Positions 54,848-63,703 of a stretch of DNA of 64,000 nt are shown one piece after another. The notes beneath the pieces were generated by a model, which was not told the origin of the DNA, did no database searches, and saw nothing but the letters and a program-made list of their open reading frames with translations. Source of the DNA: a virus. Position 1 is the first letter of the stretch. Each line of letters starts with the position of its first letter. Both the position numbers and the translations under genes were made by a program. The stretch lies in the UHGV virus genome UHGV-0084588; one strand, 5' to 3'.

Positions 54848-54890
54848 GGGAGAACCTTCGGGTTCTCCCTTCTCTGTTTTTTTTTCTTTT
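54848..54890 (+). terminator. rho-independent terminator
   Basis: GGGAGAACC-ttcg-GGTTCTCCC followed by a long T-tract. Confidence 0.8.
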
Positions 54891-54921
54891 TACACCACAC
54901 TCCGTCTTTATGGAGGTGGGT

Positions 54922-57426
54922 ATGCTAAAAGTTGAACGCATTATACTCAAAGGTTTTACGGGGATGGGATTACATGAAATTGAAACTTTCGATTTCACTA
55001 TCCAGTCTCCAACAACAATTATCCTGGGTGGGAACGGTTGCGGGAAAACCAGTCTACTGTCTGTATTCTTACCCTTAGCACCGGCTAAAACTGAATTCAG
55101 AGACGGCGGTTCTTACACGAACTACTGTTTAGTTGGTGATCAACGGTATCGATTCAAAGTTGCCCGTAAAGGTAACTCTTTGGTTTGCGATATTGAAAAT
55201 CTGACCACGGGAGCAAAGATCGTCGAGCAAGGTAATGCGAAGGTCTACAACTCCCGTGTTGAAGAAATCACGGGTATTACGAAAGAAATTAAAGAACTAT
55301 TAAATGGTGATGTTTTGTTAACCGATGCGGGAACCGAATTACGCCGTAAATGGTTTTACCGTTTAAGTACCTCTGATCTCACATACGCGTTAGGGTTTTA
55401 TCAACGTTTGCGTAAAAACCTTACCGCCTTAAATGGGGGTATTGAAATCACCAGTCGCAAGATTGCCGAATTACGGACGCGTGTTATTGAGAACGAGGAA
55501 GAACGACAACAATTAGCAACGAGATTAAAAGGTCTGGAATCGGATTTACGTGAACTGAACCGAGAAATCGAACAGTTGCCAGGATTAAATCGTGCTGTCA
55601 CGATCGAAACAATCCAAGCGTTATTAAACGGTTTGGGTCCAACCATCGACGCAATATTACAACATCGTGGTGGGTTGCCTACTGATGAACAGATACTGGT
55701 CGCCCGACAAAATGAAGCGACAGCCCGCGAAGCCGTCGTTTCTACCGAAACAGAGGTATCGATGTTGAATAAAGATTTATCGCTATTGATGGATGAGTCA
55801 ACACGACAAGACTACCTGATGCGGAATCACGAAGGTCTCAAGAATACACTGGCACGTTTACGTGAGTTACTTACCAAGTGGGACACCGAACATCTCTTTC
55901 CAGGTTTATTTAACGATAACGTTAATTTAGACCAACTTCGTGCGGCTACCGATGCGCGTGTTTGGGGACAACGGTTGGGGACAACACTGGACGCTATTCA
56001 TTCAACCGAGAAACTCAATGTTTTGGAAGAACGTCTTCTGGTGATGGATCAAAAAACCGCAGGATTACGGGATAGACTCCAGCGAGTGGAGAACGTTTTA
56101 CAGAATTTAAATCACGAGCGTAACCACTACTTAGAAACGGCAGAAGTGGATTGTCCGCAGTGTCGGTTTAAGTTTCGGCCAGGTGTTACGCGTTCTTTAC
56201 CTGAACTCGAGTCATCGATTCGTGGACAACAACAGCAGCGGACGGAACTGCAAACGCAGTTAGAGACTTTATTACGCGATCGTGTTGAATTAGAATCTGA
56301 TGTAACTTATATGCGGCAGGTTCGTGAGATTGTACTGACGTATTCAAAAGACCCTGTATTGAGCATGTTCTTTAAGCGTTTGCAAGAACGTAACGTTTTC
56401 ACAGAGTCTCGCGAGCAGTTCGGGAGTCTATGCGCAGCGTTTGACGGTGAGTTGTACTCTGCTATTGAGTACCATGAAACCCGACAACGGTTAGTGAAAG
56501 CGGAAAAAGAATGGCAGGATGCCGTGGCGGCCGTTGGTAACGTCGATGGTGCTTTACAACAAAAGATCGCCTTCCAACAGTCACGGTTAGGTAAAGCCAC
56601 AGAGATGCTCTCAATGCGTCGTAGAGAGCACGAACTGGCTAACACGACACTTACCTATCTAGTGAATGTTAAACGTGCTGTAGATGATTTCAGTGCGTTA
56701 TTCGAACGGTTAGAGAGTGATGTTAAGGTTACTTTGACAAATACGGTCGTCGAGGAGCTCTTACGAGTGCGGGAAGGGAAGCTGGATGCTTTTACAACTG
56801 CACGCGAACGTTATCGTCAGATGGAAAACGAATTGAATCAGCTCAACAGTTTGGAGCGCGAACTTACAGACTTACAAGCCCAACAGTTCAATAACAAACT
56901 GATGATTCAAGCCTTCTCGCCAGAAAAGGGTGTACTTAGAAAGTATTTTTACAACGCTATCGTTAGAATCACAGAGTTAATGACGCGTTATATCGAACAG
57001 GTCTGGACGTACCCCATGCGCGTTATGCCCTGTGATCTCACTGACGGTGATTTGGATTATACTTTTCCTGTCCAGCTAAAAACGCACCCTGAGCCTGTTC
57101 CTGACGTGCGTAAAGGGTCTAAGGCACAGCGTGCTATATTTAATCTGATGTTCAGACTGACTGCGTACAAAGCGTTGAAGTTGCATCAGTTTCCGTTGCT
57201 TTTGGATGAGCCTTCGGAAGGCATGGACGAGGAGCACCGTAATAACCTGGTCGGCTTTATTAAAACGTTAGCAAACTCGGGAGAATTTTCACAGCTGTTG
57301 GTAGTCTCCCACGAAGCCGAGGTTCATTCTAAACTTAATGAAGCATCGTACTGTGTCATCGAACCGGAAGGAGTGACATTGCCTGCGGTGTATAACGAAG
57401 GAGTAAAAATTGTTTATGCAAACTGA
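54922..57426 (+). CDS. SMC/Rad50/RecN-like ABC-type ATPase with long coiled-coil
   Basis: Start at the ATG at 54922 (GGAGGTGGG RBS). N-terminal Walker A ILGGNGCGKTSLLSVF; about 550 aa of Glu/Leu/Arg/Gln-rich coiled-coil with a central CPQC hook-like motif; C-terminal Walker B LLLDEPSEGMD and VVSHEAEV. Confidence 0.65.
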   Translation: MLKVERIILKGFTGMGLHEIETFDFTIQSPTTIILGGNGCGKTSLLSVFLPLAPAKTEFRDGGSYTNYCLVGDQRYRFKVARKGNSLVCDIENLTTGAKIVEQGNAKVYNSRVEEITGITKEIKELLNGDVLLTDAGTELRRKWFYRLSTSDLTYALGFYQRLRKNLTALNGGIEITSRKIAELRTRVIENEEERQQLATRLKGLESDLRELNREIEQLPGLNRAVTIETIQALLNGLGPTIDAILQHRGGLPTDEQILVARQNEATAREAVVSTETEVSMLNKDLSLLMDESTRQDYLMRNHEGLKNTLARLRELLTKWDTEHLFPGLFNDNVNLDQLRAATDARVWGQRLGTTLDAIHSTEKLNVLEERLLVMDQKTAGLRDRLQRVENVLQNLNHERNHYLETAEVDCPQCRFKFRPGVTRSLPELESSIRGQQQQRTELQTQLETLLRDRVELESDVTYMRQVREIVLTYSKDPVLSMFFKRLQERNVFTESREQFGSLCAAFDGELYSAIEYHETRQRLVKAEKEWQDAVAAVGNVDGALQQKIAFQQSRLGKATEMLSMRRREHELANTTLTYLVNVKRAVDDFSALFERLESDVKVTLTNTVVEELLRVREGKLDAFTTARERYRQMENELNQLNSLERELTDLQAQQFNNKLMIQAFSPEKGVLRKYFYNAIVRITELMTRYIEQVWTYPMRVMPCDLTDGDLDYTFPVQLKTHPEPVPDVRKGSKAQRAIFNLMFRLTAYKALKLHQFPLLLDEPSEGMDEEHRNNLVGFIKTLANSGEFSQLLVVSHEAEVHSKLNEASYCVIEPEGVTLPAVYNEGVKIVYAN

Positions 57427-57595
57427 TTGGTTCCGTCGTTTTATGGACGCGGCGGGGTTTGGTTTCATGTCCATTCTAGCGGTTCTTTATGTCATGTTTT
57501 GCGTGGTGATGATTTTATGGGTAGTTTCATCTTATCTGATTAAACTATCGTGGGGTTCAATTTGGCGTCAACGTGAATGCGAATGGCGGAATTAG
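57410..57595 (+). CDS. small membrane protein
   Basis: 61 aa with a hydrophobic core (FGFMSILAVLYVMFCVVMILWVVSSYLI); TTG at 57410 or ATG at 57416 as start; overlaps the end of the ATPase gene. Confidence 0.45.
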   Translation: MFMQTDWFRRFMDAAGFGFMSILAVLYVMFCVVMILWVVSSYLIKLSWGSIWRQRECEWRN

Positions 57596-57606
57596 GAGAA
57601 GGGAAT

Positions 57607-57705
57607 ATGGTTGAAGGGGTTCTGTTAACACTTGGTGCGATGTGGTTAATCGGTAAAGGTTTAAACTTGCTGGTTAAACAACACAGATGGGCGTTTGAAG
57701 ATTAA
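57607..57705 (+). CDS. small membrane peptide (32 aa)
   Basis: AGGAGAAGGG RBS then ATG; MVEGVLLTLGAMWLIGKGLNLLVKQHRWAFED; under 60 aa, so not in the ORF track. Confidence 0.35.
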   Translation: MVEGVLLTLGAMWLIGKGLNLLVKQHRWAFED

Positions 57706-57762
57706 ACGCCCAAATAATCCGGAAAATACCCTCCGGCGTGAGGGTATTACTAGGAGCAGAAA

Positions 57763-57891
57763 ATGACCTCGATAAACACTACGAATGTAGCGATATCCGC
57801 ATTATACGATGCGGAACTTTCATGGGGTGGATTAATAATCACCACGGCCATATTAGCCGCAGCGGCATTCGTCATCGCGCGTTGGTTTTAA
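57763..57891 (+). CDS. small membrane peptide (42 aa)
   Basis: TAGGAGCAG RBS then ATG; MTSINTTNVAISALYDAELSWGGLIITTAILAAAAFVIARWF; preferred over the overlapping 57738..57941 track ORF, which has no RBS. Confidence 0.35.
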   Translation: MTSINTTNVAISALYDAELSWGGLIITTAILAAAAFVIARWF

Positions 57892-57922
57892 TTTTACTTT
57901 TTTGCGTCTCTAAGGTTTGCAA

Positions 57923-58366
57923 ATGGAAATTTATTTGTTGAACGCATCTTCTAAAGTCGGCGAACGACAAGCTGCCGATTTACTCAAACTACACTACCGT
58001 TACTTGGACCACCAGGCTACATTACTAAAAATCAAAACGTCGGTACCGAAATTAAAAGCTCGACAACTGATCGAAGGTAACTGCATAGTTCTGGTGTATC
58101 AGGATGATGTCGCGGTAGGATACTGTAGTTATCGGAATCGTAACGGTTCACTTAAGATACGTTCGGTATACGTGCTCCCAGACTATCGTCAGCGGGGTGT
58201 AATGAAAGAGATTTTCAAAGCAATTGCCGCCGATGAAGTTTTCGGTGAAATTGTTACTGGCATGTATGCGAAATGTAAAGAAGCAAAAGAGTATTTCATC
58301 CGACGCGGTTATCAGGCGGTTTACTCACACGATCGTGAGTGGGTCGATTTTAGCAAAACATTCTAA
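57923..58366 (+). CDS. GNAT-family acetyltransferase-like protein
   Basis: SVYVLPDYRQRGVMKEIFKAI resembles GNAT motif A (acetyl-CoA binding, Q/R-x-x-G-x-G/A); 148 aa from the ATG at 57923. Confidence 0.45.
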   Translation: MEIYLLNASSKVGERQAADLLKLHYRYLDHQATLLKIKTSVPKLKARQLIEGNCIVLVYQDDVAVGYCSYRNRNGSLKIRSVYVLPDYRQRGVMKEIFKAIAADEVFGEIVTGMYAKCKEAKEYFIRRGYQAVYSHDREWVDFSKTF

Positions 58367-58432
58367 AACAATAAAAGCTCTCTTGGCGTACCTCACTATG
58401 AGTGTGAGAAATTTACGTCAGGAGAGCTAATT

Positions 58433-58678
58433 ATGTTAAAATCGTACGGAGTGGGTGGTTTGGATACGAGTATTTGTTGGAAAGAATACGAACGTGCAAA
58501 AGCGTTCTTACAACATCCCAATGTAGGGACAATAGGTAAGGTCTGTTTCGGCAAACCTACGTTGACAGCTTGTATCCAAGGGGCTTTAGGAACGTTGCCA
58601 CCCGAAACACATTTCGAGCCTGAGGAGAATACGAATGTTCACAGAGAACCCATCAATTTACGGCATACCGTTGAATGA
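58433..58678 (+). CDS. hypothetical protein
   Basis: 81-aa ORF; GGAGAG RBS. Confidence 0.5.
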   Translation: MLKSYGVGGLDTSICWKEYERAKAFLQHPNVGTIGKVCFGKPTLTACIQGALGTLPPETHFEPEENTNVHREPINLRHTVE

Positions 58679-59003
58679 AATTGACATTCTACAAATTTGT
58701 TATCAGTGCGACGACTTTGGTAACACGCAGGTAACAGAGCTAGTTAAGCTTTTAGGTTACTTACCTGAAATCGAGCTACCTTTTGTTAAACCCAGCTTGG
58801 TTCGTCGTGCATCGTGTCGCGAAGCTTATTTGTTGTGGAAACACAATATTTCAGTAGAGAAGGTCTGGGACCGCATGAACGATCATCAGTTCCGTGAACA
58901 GGTTGTGCACACGCTCAATTTGGCACTGACTATGCAACGGCTGGGCTTACAACACGAAGGTTTAGAAGCGGCGGTCAAACAATGGATTACAAAAAATCGC
59001 TAA
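58635..59003 (+). CDS. hypothetical protein
   Basis: 122-aa ORF; GAGGAG RBS; overlaps the upstream gene. Confidence 0.55.
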   Translation: MFTENPSIYGIPLNEIDILQICYQCDDFGNTQVTELVKLLGYLPEIELPFVKPSLVRRASCREAYLLWKHNISVEKVWDRMNDHQFREQVVHTLNLALTMQRLGLQHEGLEAAVKQWITKNR

Positions 59004-59090
59004 TGGGTAAAACATATATCGCTATACTTGTCGAGCTATCAATCGGCGGTACACGTTTTAATACTACACATCAACTACGGCCGATTCGTT

Positions 59091-59588
59091 ATGTTAACGG
59101 TACGTAAAGAATCTGAAATTGGTAACGATCTTTTTAATGCGCCCGAAGACTATAAAGTCGTTACCATTAACTGTGTAGGAGCAATGGGTCGCGGTATTGC
59201 GCTGGCGTGCCGTGAACGCTACCCCAACCTTTATCAAGATTACCGTAAGCGGTGTCGCGAAGACGAAATTAAGATTGGAAGTGTTTACGTTTACCCTGAT
59301 GAAAAGTGCATCTTGCTCCCCACGAAAACACATTGGCGTTTAAAGTCCCAGGTTTCTTATGTTACTGCGGGCATTACCGCATTAGCAGATTGTATTGAAG
59401 AACTGGATACCAGCGTTGCTATCCCTCCACTGGGAATGGCAAATGGGTGGTTAGATTCCTGGGAAAGACAAGAAATCTTCTTGTGGCTTTACAAAAAACT
59501 TGAACCGAGGAGGCAACGCTACACGTTATACTTACCCGATAAGCTGTACCGAGAAGCAGAGTCATTAATTCCAAACTCTTTTAAATAG
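59091..59588 (+). CDS. macrodomain protein (TARG1/OARD1-like ADP-ribose hydrolase)
   Basis: From the ATG at 59091: GNDLFNAPEDYKVVTINCVGAMGRGIALACRERY...AIPPLGMANGWLDSWERQ parallels human TARG1 ([34 protein letters not shown]...SMPRIGCGLDRLQWENV) as recalled; no clear RBS, so the start is uncertain. Confidence 0.55.
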   Translation: MLTVRKESEIGNDLFNAPEDYKVVTINCVGAMGRGIALACRERYPNLYQDYRKRCREDEIKIGSVYVYPDEKCILLPTKTHWRLKSQVSYVTAGITALADCIEELDTSVAIPPLGMANGWLDSWERQEIFLWLYKKLEPRRQRYTLYLPDKLYREAESLIPNSFK

Positions 59589-59688
59589 ATATTATCATTA
59601 GGGCACACAACAAAGGAGTATTAGCTGTCCGCGCCGTCATTTCGTCTTACGGAATACGGAAATGTATAAATCCAACTGGAGAAACAAA

Positions 59689-60387
59689 ATGTTTCGTATC
59701 TTCTTTCTTTTACTGGTAACACTTTTCGCGTTTAACGCACAGGCGTCAACGTCAACGCCGCAAACTAAACATCAGCGTGAATTTACACAAATCCAACATC
59801 GGTTCGAAAAGGTCAGTCCGTTAATTGTGGAAATCTCACGAAAGCAAGGCGTTGATCCTAAGCTGATGATTACGCTGATTTATCGCGAATCGCGTTTTGA
59901 TCCCAAGGCTTACAACAAAAGCACACGAGCGCACAGCCTAGTACAGATGCTTCCAAGTACCAAGCGCAATCTGCTAAAGCTTTATGGAAAAGAATTAGGT
60001 CTTAGTCAGAACGCTGATTTGTATAATCCGCGTAACGCTGTTTTGCTGGCTACCGCGTATGTTAAACATCTTGAGAAGGGGTTAACCAAACGACTCAAAC
60101 GCAAGCCCACCATGGCTGAAGTTGCGTTAGCTTACCACTGGGGTGAAAGTGGCGCTCACACGCGAATCAAAAGCAAATCTCGAGCAGCACAACGAGAAAT
60201 GGCAGGCTTTATGAAAGACGCCGCGTTCTATAGCGCGAAAATCGATGTGCCTGTTGTTGTGGGCTCGGCCCCACGTCAGCTTGCGTTTGCGAAGAAAACA
60301 CCACGTCAGATTCAATTGGCGGAAGTTAGTAAAATTTGGGATACGATAAACACGAGTTTTCCAATCAATAGAGGAGTTACCCTTTGA
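59689..60387 (+). CDS. secreted lytic transglycosylase (SLT domain)
   Basis: Start at the ATG at 59689: signal peptide MFRIFFLLLVTLFAFNAQA, then ESRFDPKAYNKSTRAHSLVQMLPST matching the SLT catalytic motif (E-S...GLMQ-x-MP-x-T). Confidence 0.65.
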   Translation: MFRIFFLLLVTLFAFNAQASTSTPQTKHQREFTQIQHRFEKVSPLIVEISRKQGVDPKLMITLIYRESRFDPKAYNKSTRAHSLVQMLPSTKRNLLKLYGKELGLSQNADLYNPRNAVLLATAYVKHLEKGLTKRLKRKPTMAEVALAYHWGESGAHTRIKSKSRAAQREMAGFMKDAAFYSAKIDVPVVVGSAPRQLAFAKKTPRQIQLAEVSKIWDTINTSFPINRGVTL

Positions 60388-60893
60388 GCATCGTTGTAAC
60401 CGATTGGTATAAAGGCATTACAAAAGCCGCACAACTAACCGCGAAAGATATTTACGGTATCGTCCGAAGCAGCATCGAAGACGAGATTAAATCGGATGAA
60501 GAATTCGCAGAGAAACACGAATTTTACGATGCTTTACCTACAGCATTCGGTGATGACGAAGAAGAAGGTTTAGAGTTTGACTGGAATGTCAACCTTGCCT
60601 TGCTGTGGATTTGTGGTTTACGTCCAACGGTAAAAGAAACCGAAGAAGGGAAAGTCTTGCTTTGGAATTTTACCGGACAGTATAACCGTAGCCTAGTCTT
60701 TAAACAGGCGTATATGGACGCTACTGTAGAACTTCAGAAACTGCTACTTGGCGAAAACACATACTGCCAGCGTAGTTTTCTAACGATTCTGGAAAAACTT
60801 GTGTTAACACACAAAGTCTGGCGTAAAGAAGACGCCCCAGAGCACATGTTCATTTTAGAGTACGCTGTCATTCCAAATCAGCCGTTCTTCTAA
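60384..60893 (+). CDS. hypothetical acidic protein
   Basis: 169-aa ORF with TTG start (AGAGGAG upstream); overlaps the upstream stop. Confidence 0.45.
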   Translation: MSIVVTDWYKGITKAAQLTAKDIYGIVRSSIEDEIKSDEEFAEKHEFYDALPTAFGDDEEEGLEFDWNVNLALLWICGLRPTVKETEEGKVLLWNFTGQYNRSLVFKQAYMDATVELQKLLLGENTYCQRSFLTILEKLVLTHKVWRKEDAPEHMFILEYAVIPNQPFF

Positions 60894-60898
60894 TCTCT

Positions 60899-60937
60899 AC
60901 CCCTTACCCTTTACGGAGTAAGGGGTAATTTTATTTT
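60899..60937 (+). terminator. rho-independent terminator
   Basis: CCCCTTAC-cctttacgga-GTAAGGGG followed by TAATTTTATTTT. Confidence 0.7.
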
Positions 60938-60959
60938 CATTCCCTAAAGGAACAGAGAT

Positions 60960-61439
60960 ATGATAAAATTCATTTGGCGTTACCCAACACGTTTTTGGTT
61001 TGTGGTGCTTGAACTGTGTATGGTTCTTGTAGCGGTTACTTTTATCGATGCACCTGCCTCACAGTTGACCATTTTCTGTCTTTTCGTGGCAGTTCCTGTA
61101 TGGGTTATTGCGAAGGCTATTAAGTTCGCCATGGTGAGTTGGGCGAATTATACGTGTCCGTATAAACCTAGACAAATCATGAACTGGTTAATGTTTATTG
61201 AAGAACGTTTACCGGCGCAACGTAAATTACTGGGCTGGTCGTCAATGTTAGATATTGCGCTAGAAACCAATGCAAAGTTCCCCGGCGCGAAAAACCCGTA
61301 TTTGCTGTTGGCGGTAATTGTTGCGCAACAAAAACTGGTAGGCGATCGTTGGTTGCCAGAAGAAGCGAAAGCGTATATCCGTAAACATCCAAAAGCTTTT
61401 TACTCGGTAGGTCAATGGCGTAACTTACCACTATTTTAA
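60960..61439 (+). CDS. membrane protein
   Basis: 159 aa; two N-terminal hydrophobic helices (FWFVVLELCMVLVAVTFI; IFCLFVAVPVWVIAKAI). Confidence 0.6.
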   Translation: MIKFIWRYPTRFWFVVLELCMVLVAVTFIDAPASQLTIFCLFVAVPVWVIAKAIKFAMVSWANYTCPYKPRQIMNWLMFIEERLPAQRKLLGWSSMLDIALETNAKFPGAKNPYLLLAVIVAQQKLVGDRWLPEEAKAYIRKHPKAFYSVGQWRNLPLF

Positions 61440-61492
61440 CTTTTTACATAACCCTTAGTTGATTTGAACAAACCTAAAAGAGGACTATTAAA

Positions 61493-62425
61493 ATGACTTT
61501 TCCATCTGAAGTAATTTACGAACTGGCTAACACTCTACGTCGTCGTTATAGCTACCATATGCTGCAAACCAGCGTAGGTCCAACCGCTGCTTTTCTGCGT
61601 AACCATTTCCTAGGCAGCAATCAGTCTTCAATTACGCAGGAAACGATTTTCTCTATCGATCGTACCACCGATATTCTTCCGATTGACTGTGCAATTGCGG
61701 TTCAAAATGGGGATACGTTCAACTTCGCCATGGGAATGCGCCATACAACCGTTACTGTTGACCCAAGCGTGGGGATCGAACATTCTTTCATGCGTAATCC
61801 GTATCCACTGTCGGATAACTGGTTCGTTGTTGTAGAACAAGGCGTGAATAAGTACGAAGTTGTTGCGGCGCACGACGAATCTTTCTTTGGTTTGGGGGAG
61901 ATTTCACGTCCCCTGGAAATTGCTCTCGAACTTCGACAGGGTAATATCGGATTAAATGGGGGTGTTGTCTACTTCATCCTGAGCAACTGGGCGCATGTGA
62001 GCCACGTCCTGAGAAAAGCTGACGCAACGTTCCATGCAACAAAAGTAAGTTACTTCTCCGCTGAGAATAAAGTTCAAGACGAAGAAGAAACAGTACCTGG
62101 CACAGAAGTCGCCGTTTGTGAAAACTACGACGATCTGAAATCTGTACTCGTTAAGCGTGATGTTTTCGAATCGTTAAACCTGGATTTCCCTGGTGACGAA
62201 AATGAAATATCCGTAGCTGATCTGGTAGAAGCATTGTGTCAGAAAGACCAAGCTAACGAAATTAGCGACGAAGAAGCGGAACTCTTCCAAGTTCAACAAC
62301 TCGTCAGCAAGGTTATCGGTGGCCAGGAAATCGTTGACACCCTTATGGCTTTACCGCCGAAGAAACGTACTCAAAAGTACATTCGTGAACTGGTTCTTGA
62401 CAAGCTGGGCCAAACCAAAAAATAA
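61493..62425 (+). CDS. hypothetical protein (paralog of 62487..63035)
   Basis: 310 aa; N-terminal FPSEVIYELANTLRRR...FLRNHFLG parallels the next gene; acidic C-terminal tail. Confidence 0.6.
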   Translation: MTFPSEVIYELANTLRRRYSYHMLQTSVGPTAAFLRNHFLGSNQSSITQETIFSIDRTTDILPIDCAIAVQNGDTFNFAMGMRHTTVTVDPSVGIEHSFMRNPYPLSDNWFVVVEQGVNKYEVVAAHDESFFGLGEISRPLEIALELRQGNIGLNGGVVYFILSNWAHVSHVLRKADATFHATKVSYFSAENKVQDEEETVPGTEVAVCENYDDLKSVLVKRDVFESLNLDFPGDENEISVADLVEALCQKDQANEISDEEAELFQVQQLVSKVIGGQEIVDTLMALPPKKRTQKYIRELVLDKLGQTKK

Positions 62426-62431
62426 TCTAAG

Positions 62432-62468
62432 ACCCCTACTCCTCCGGGAGTAGGGTTAATTCTTTTTC
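62432..62468 (+). terminator. rho-independent terminator
   Basis: CCCTACTC-ctccgg-GAGTAGGG followed by TTAATTCTTTTT. Confidence 0.8.
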
Positions 62469-62486
62469 CATCTTAGGAGTATTAAA

Positions 62487-63035
62487 ATGTTTCCATCGTC
62501 TGAATATTTAACTCATCTGGCTTACGGTATTCGCCGTGGTTCTGTTTTCCGCACACGTTTAAAGGATATAAATTTCCTGGCTAATTTCTTATATAACCAT
62601 TTTGGTGATGGAACTAACGTTTACAAAAAGATCACCTCAACACAACTTTATTCCCTTATAGCGGCGTCTGAAATCGTACCTACAGATATTTGGCGATTCA
62701 AACGTTATAACGGAGATATTACAATCAGTTTTCTTGATCATTCCCCTATTACCGTTGAAATCGCCGATCGTATTGACATTAATAGTGAAATGTCTGGTTG
62801 GAAGATTCTGTTTGATTGTGGCAATCGTTATGCGGTACTTGGCTCCTCTGATGAACGTGACTTCCCATTCGACAGGCCCTACTATTACCTTAGCGAAGAT
62901 GATTTCCCGGATAAAGAATCCAATATCTATTTAAACGGGGATACCGTTTACTTCATTTTTCGTACTTGGAACGACGTTGCTGCTATGATTGCTCAAGGCG
63001 TCATCGATTACCGTAAGCTAGAAGTCGACATTTAA
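62487..63035 (+). CDS. hypothetical protein (paralog of 61493..62425)
   Basis: 182 aa; TAGGAGTATTAAAATG context. Confidence 0.6.
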   Translation: MFPSSEYLTHLAYGIRRGSVFRTRLKDINFLANFLYNHFGDGTNVYKKITSTQLYSLIAASEIVPTDIWRFKRYNGDITISFLDHSPITVEIADRIDINSEMSGWKILFDCGNRYAVLGSSDERDFPFDRPYYYLSEDDFPDKESNIYLNGDTVYFIFRTWNDVAAMIAQGVIDYRKLEVDI

Positions 63036-63078
63036 AATAAAAGCTACCCTACTCCTTCTGGAGTAGGGTAATCTTTTT
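63036..63078. terminator. bidirectional terminator between convergent genes
   Basis: A-run, then TACCCTACTCC-ttct-GGAGTAGGGTA, then T-run; same stem sequence as the hairpin at 21856. Confidence 0.8.
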
Positions 63079-63700
63079 AGTTAACTAACCCGTTAGCTTT
63101 AAGAATCTCTAACATTTGGTTGTTTAACTCTTTTAATTTTTTGTTTTCTTCTGTCAACGCAGCAACTTTCTCGCCTAACGGAATAGACTCACGAATTTTA
63201 TTTTTTCGTGCCGCTTCCATCTGCAAGTGTTGTTCCTCCGTTACCTTCCCCTCATACTCGAGAGTTGTAATTTCAACTTTCGGTTCAATCCCCAGAGTAT
63301 GCGTGAGAATATCTGAAACGTCTTTTGTTATAGACGACACTTTCACGTAATCCGGTACTAGTGCCAAATCTACCACTAACACATTTCGTTGATACGTGAT
63401 CCCGGATAAACCTGGGTACGATTCCAGGTAGGTGTCAGGTATGTATACAACTTGACCATCACGAGATTTAAATGTCAAAATCGACGCACTAACATTCGCA
63501 TCTGCTAAATATTCTTCACGCCCTAGCCCTGCTGGCTGGTAATACGAATTATAAACGTCGATATTCTGACGTACTAAATCTGGGAAGGTACGCGATGCCT
63601 CTACCGTATAAATGACTGTCTCGGCTAAAGTAAATGGTGTTTTTACTTTAAACAGACCCGTGGTGTTGACTGGTACCTGTAGTGGTAAACGCGTAGCCAT
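63077..63700 (-). CDS. hypothetical protein
   Basis: 207-aa ORF with a C-terminal coiled-coil-like tail (EKVAALTEENKKLKELNNQMLEILK). Confidence 0.6.
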   Translation of the reverse strand: MATRLPLQVPVNTTGLFKVKTPFTLAETVIYTVEASRTFPDLVRQNIDVYNSYYQPAGLGREEYLADANVSASILTFKSRDGQVVYIPDTYLESYPGLSGITYQRNVLVVDLALVPDYVKVSSITKDVSDILTHTLGIEPKVEITTLEYEGKVTEEQHLQMEAARKNKIRESIPLGEKVAALTEENKKLKELNNQMLEILKANGLVN

Positions 63701-63703
63701 TCA

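Noticed and set aside
57738-57941. Track ORF 57738..57941 (67 aa)
   Set aside because: No RBS, and it overlaps a hairpin and the RBS-led 42-aa membrane-peptide ORF in another frame; the latter is preferred.
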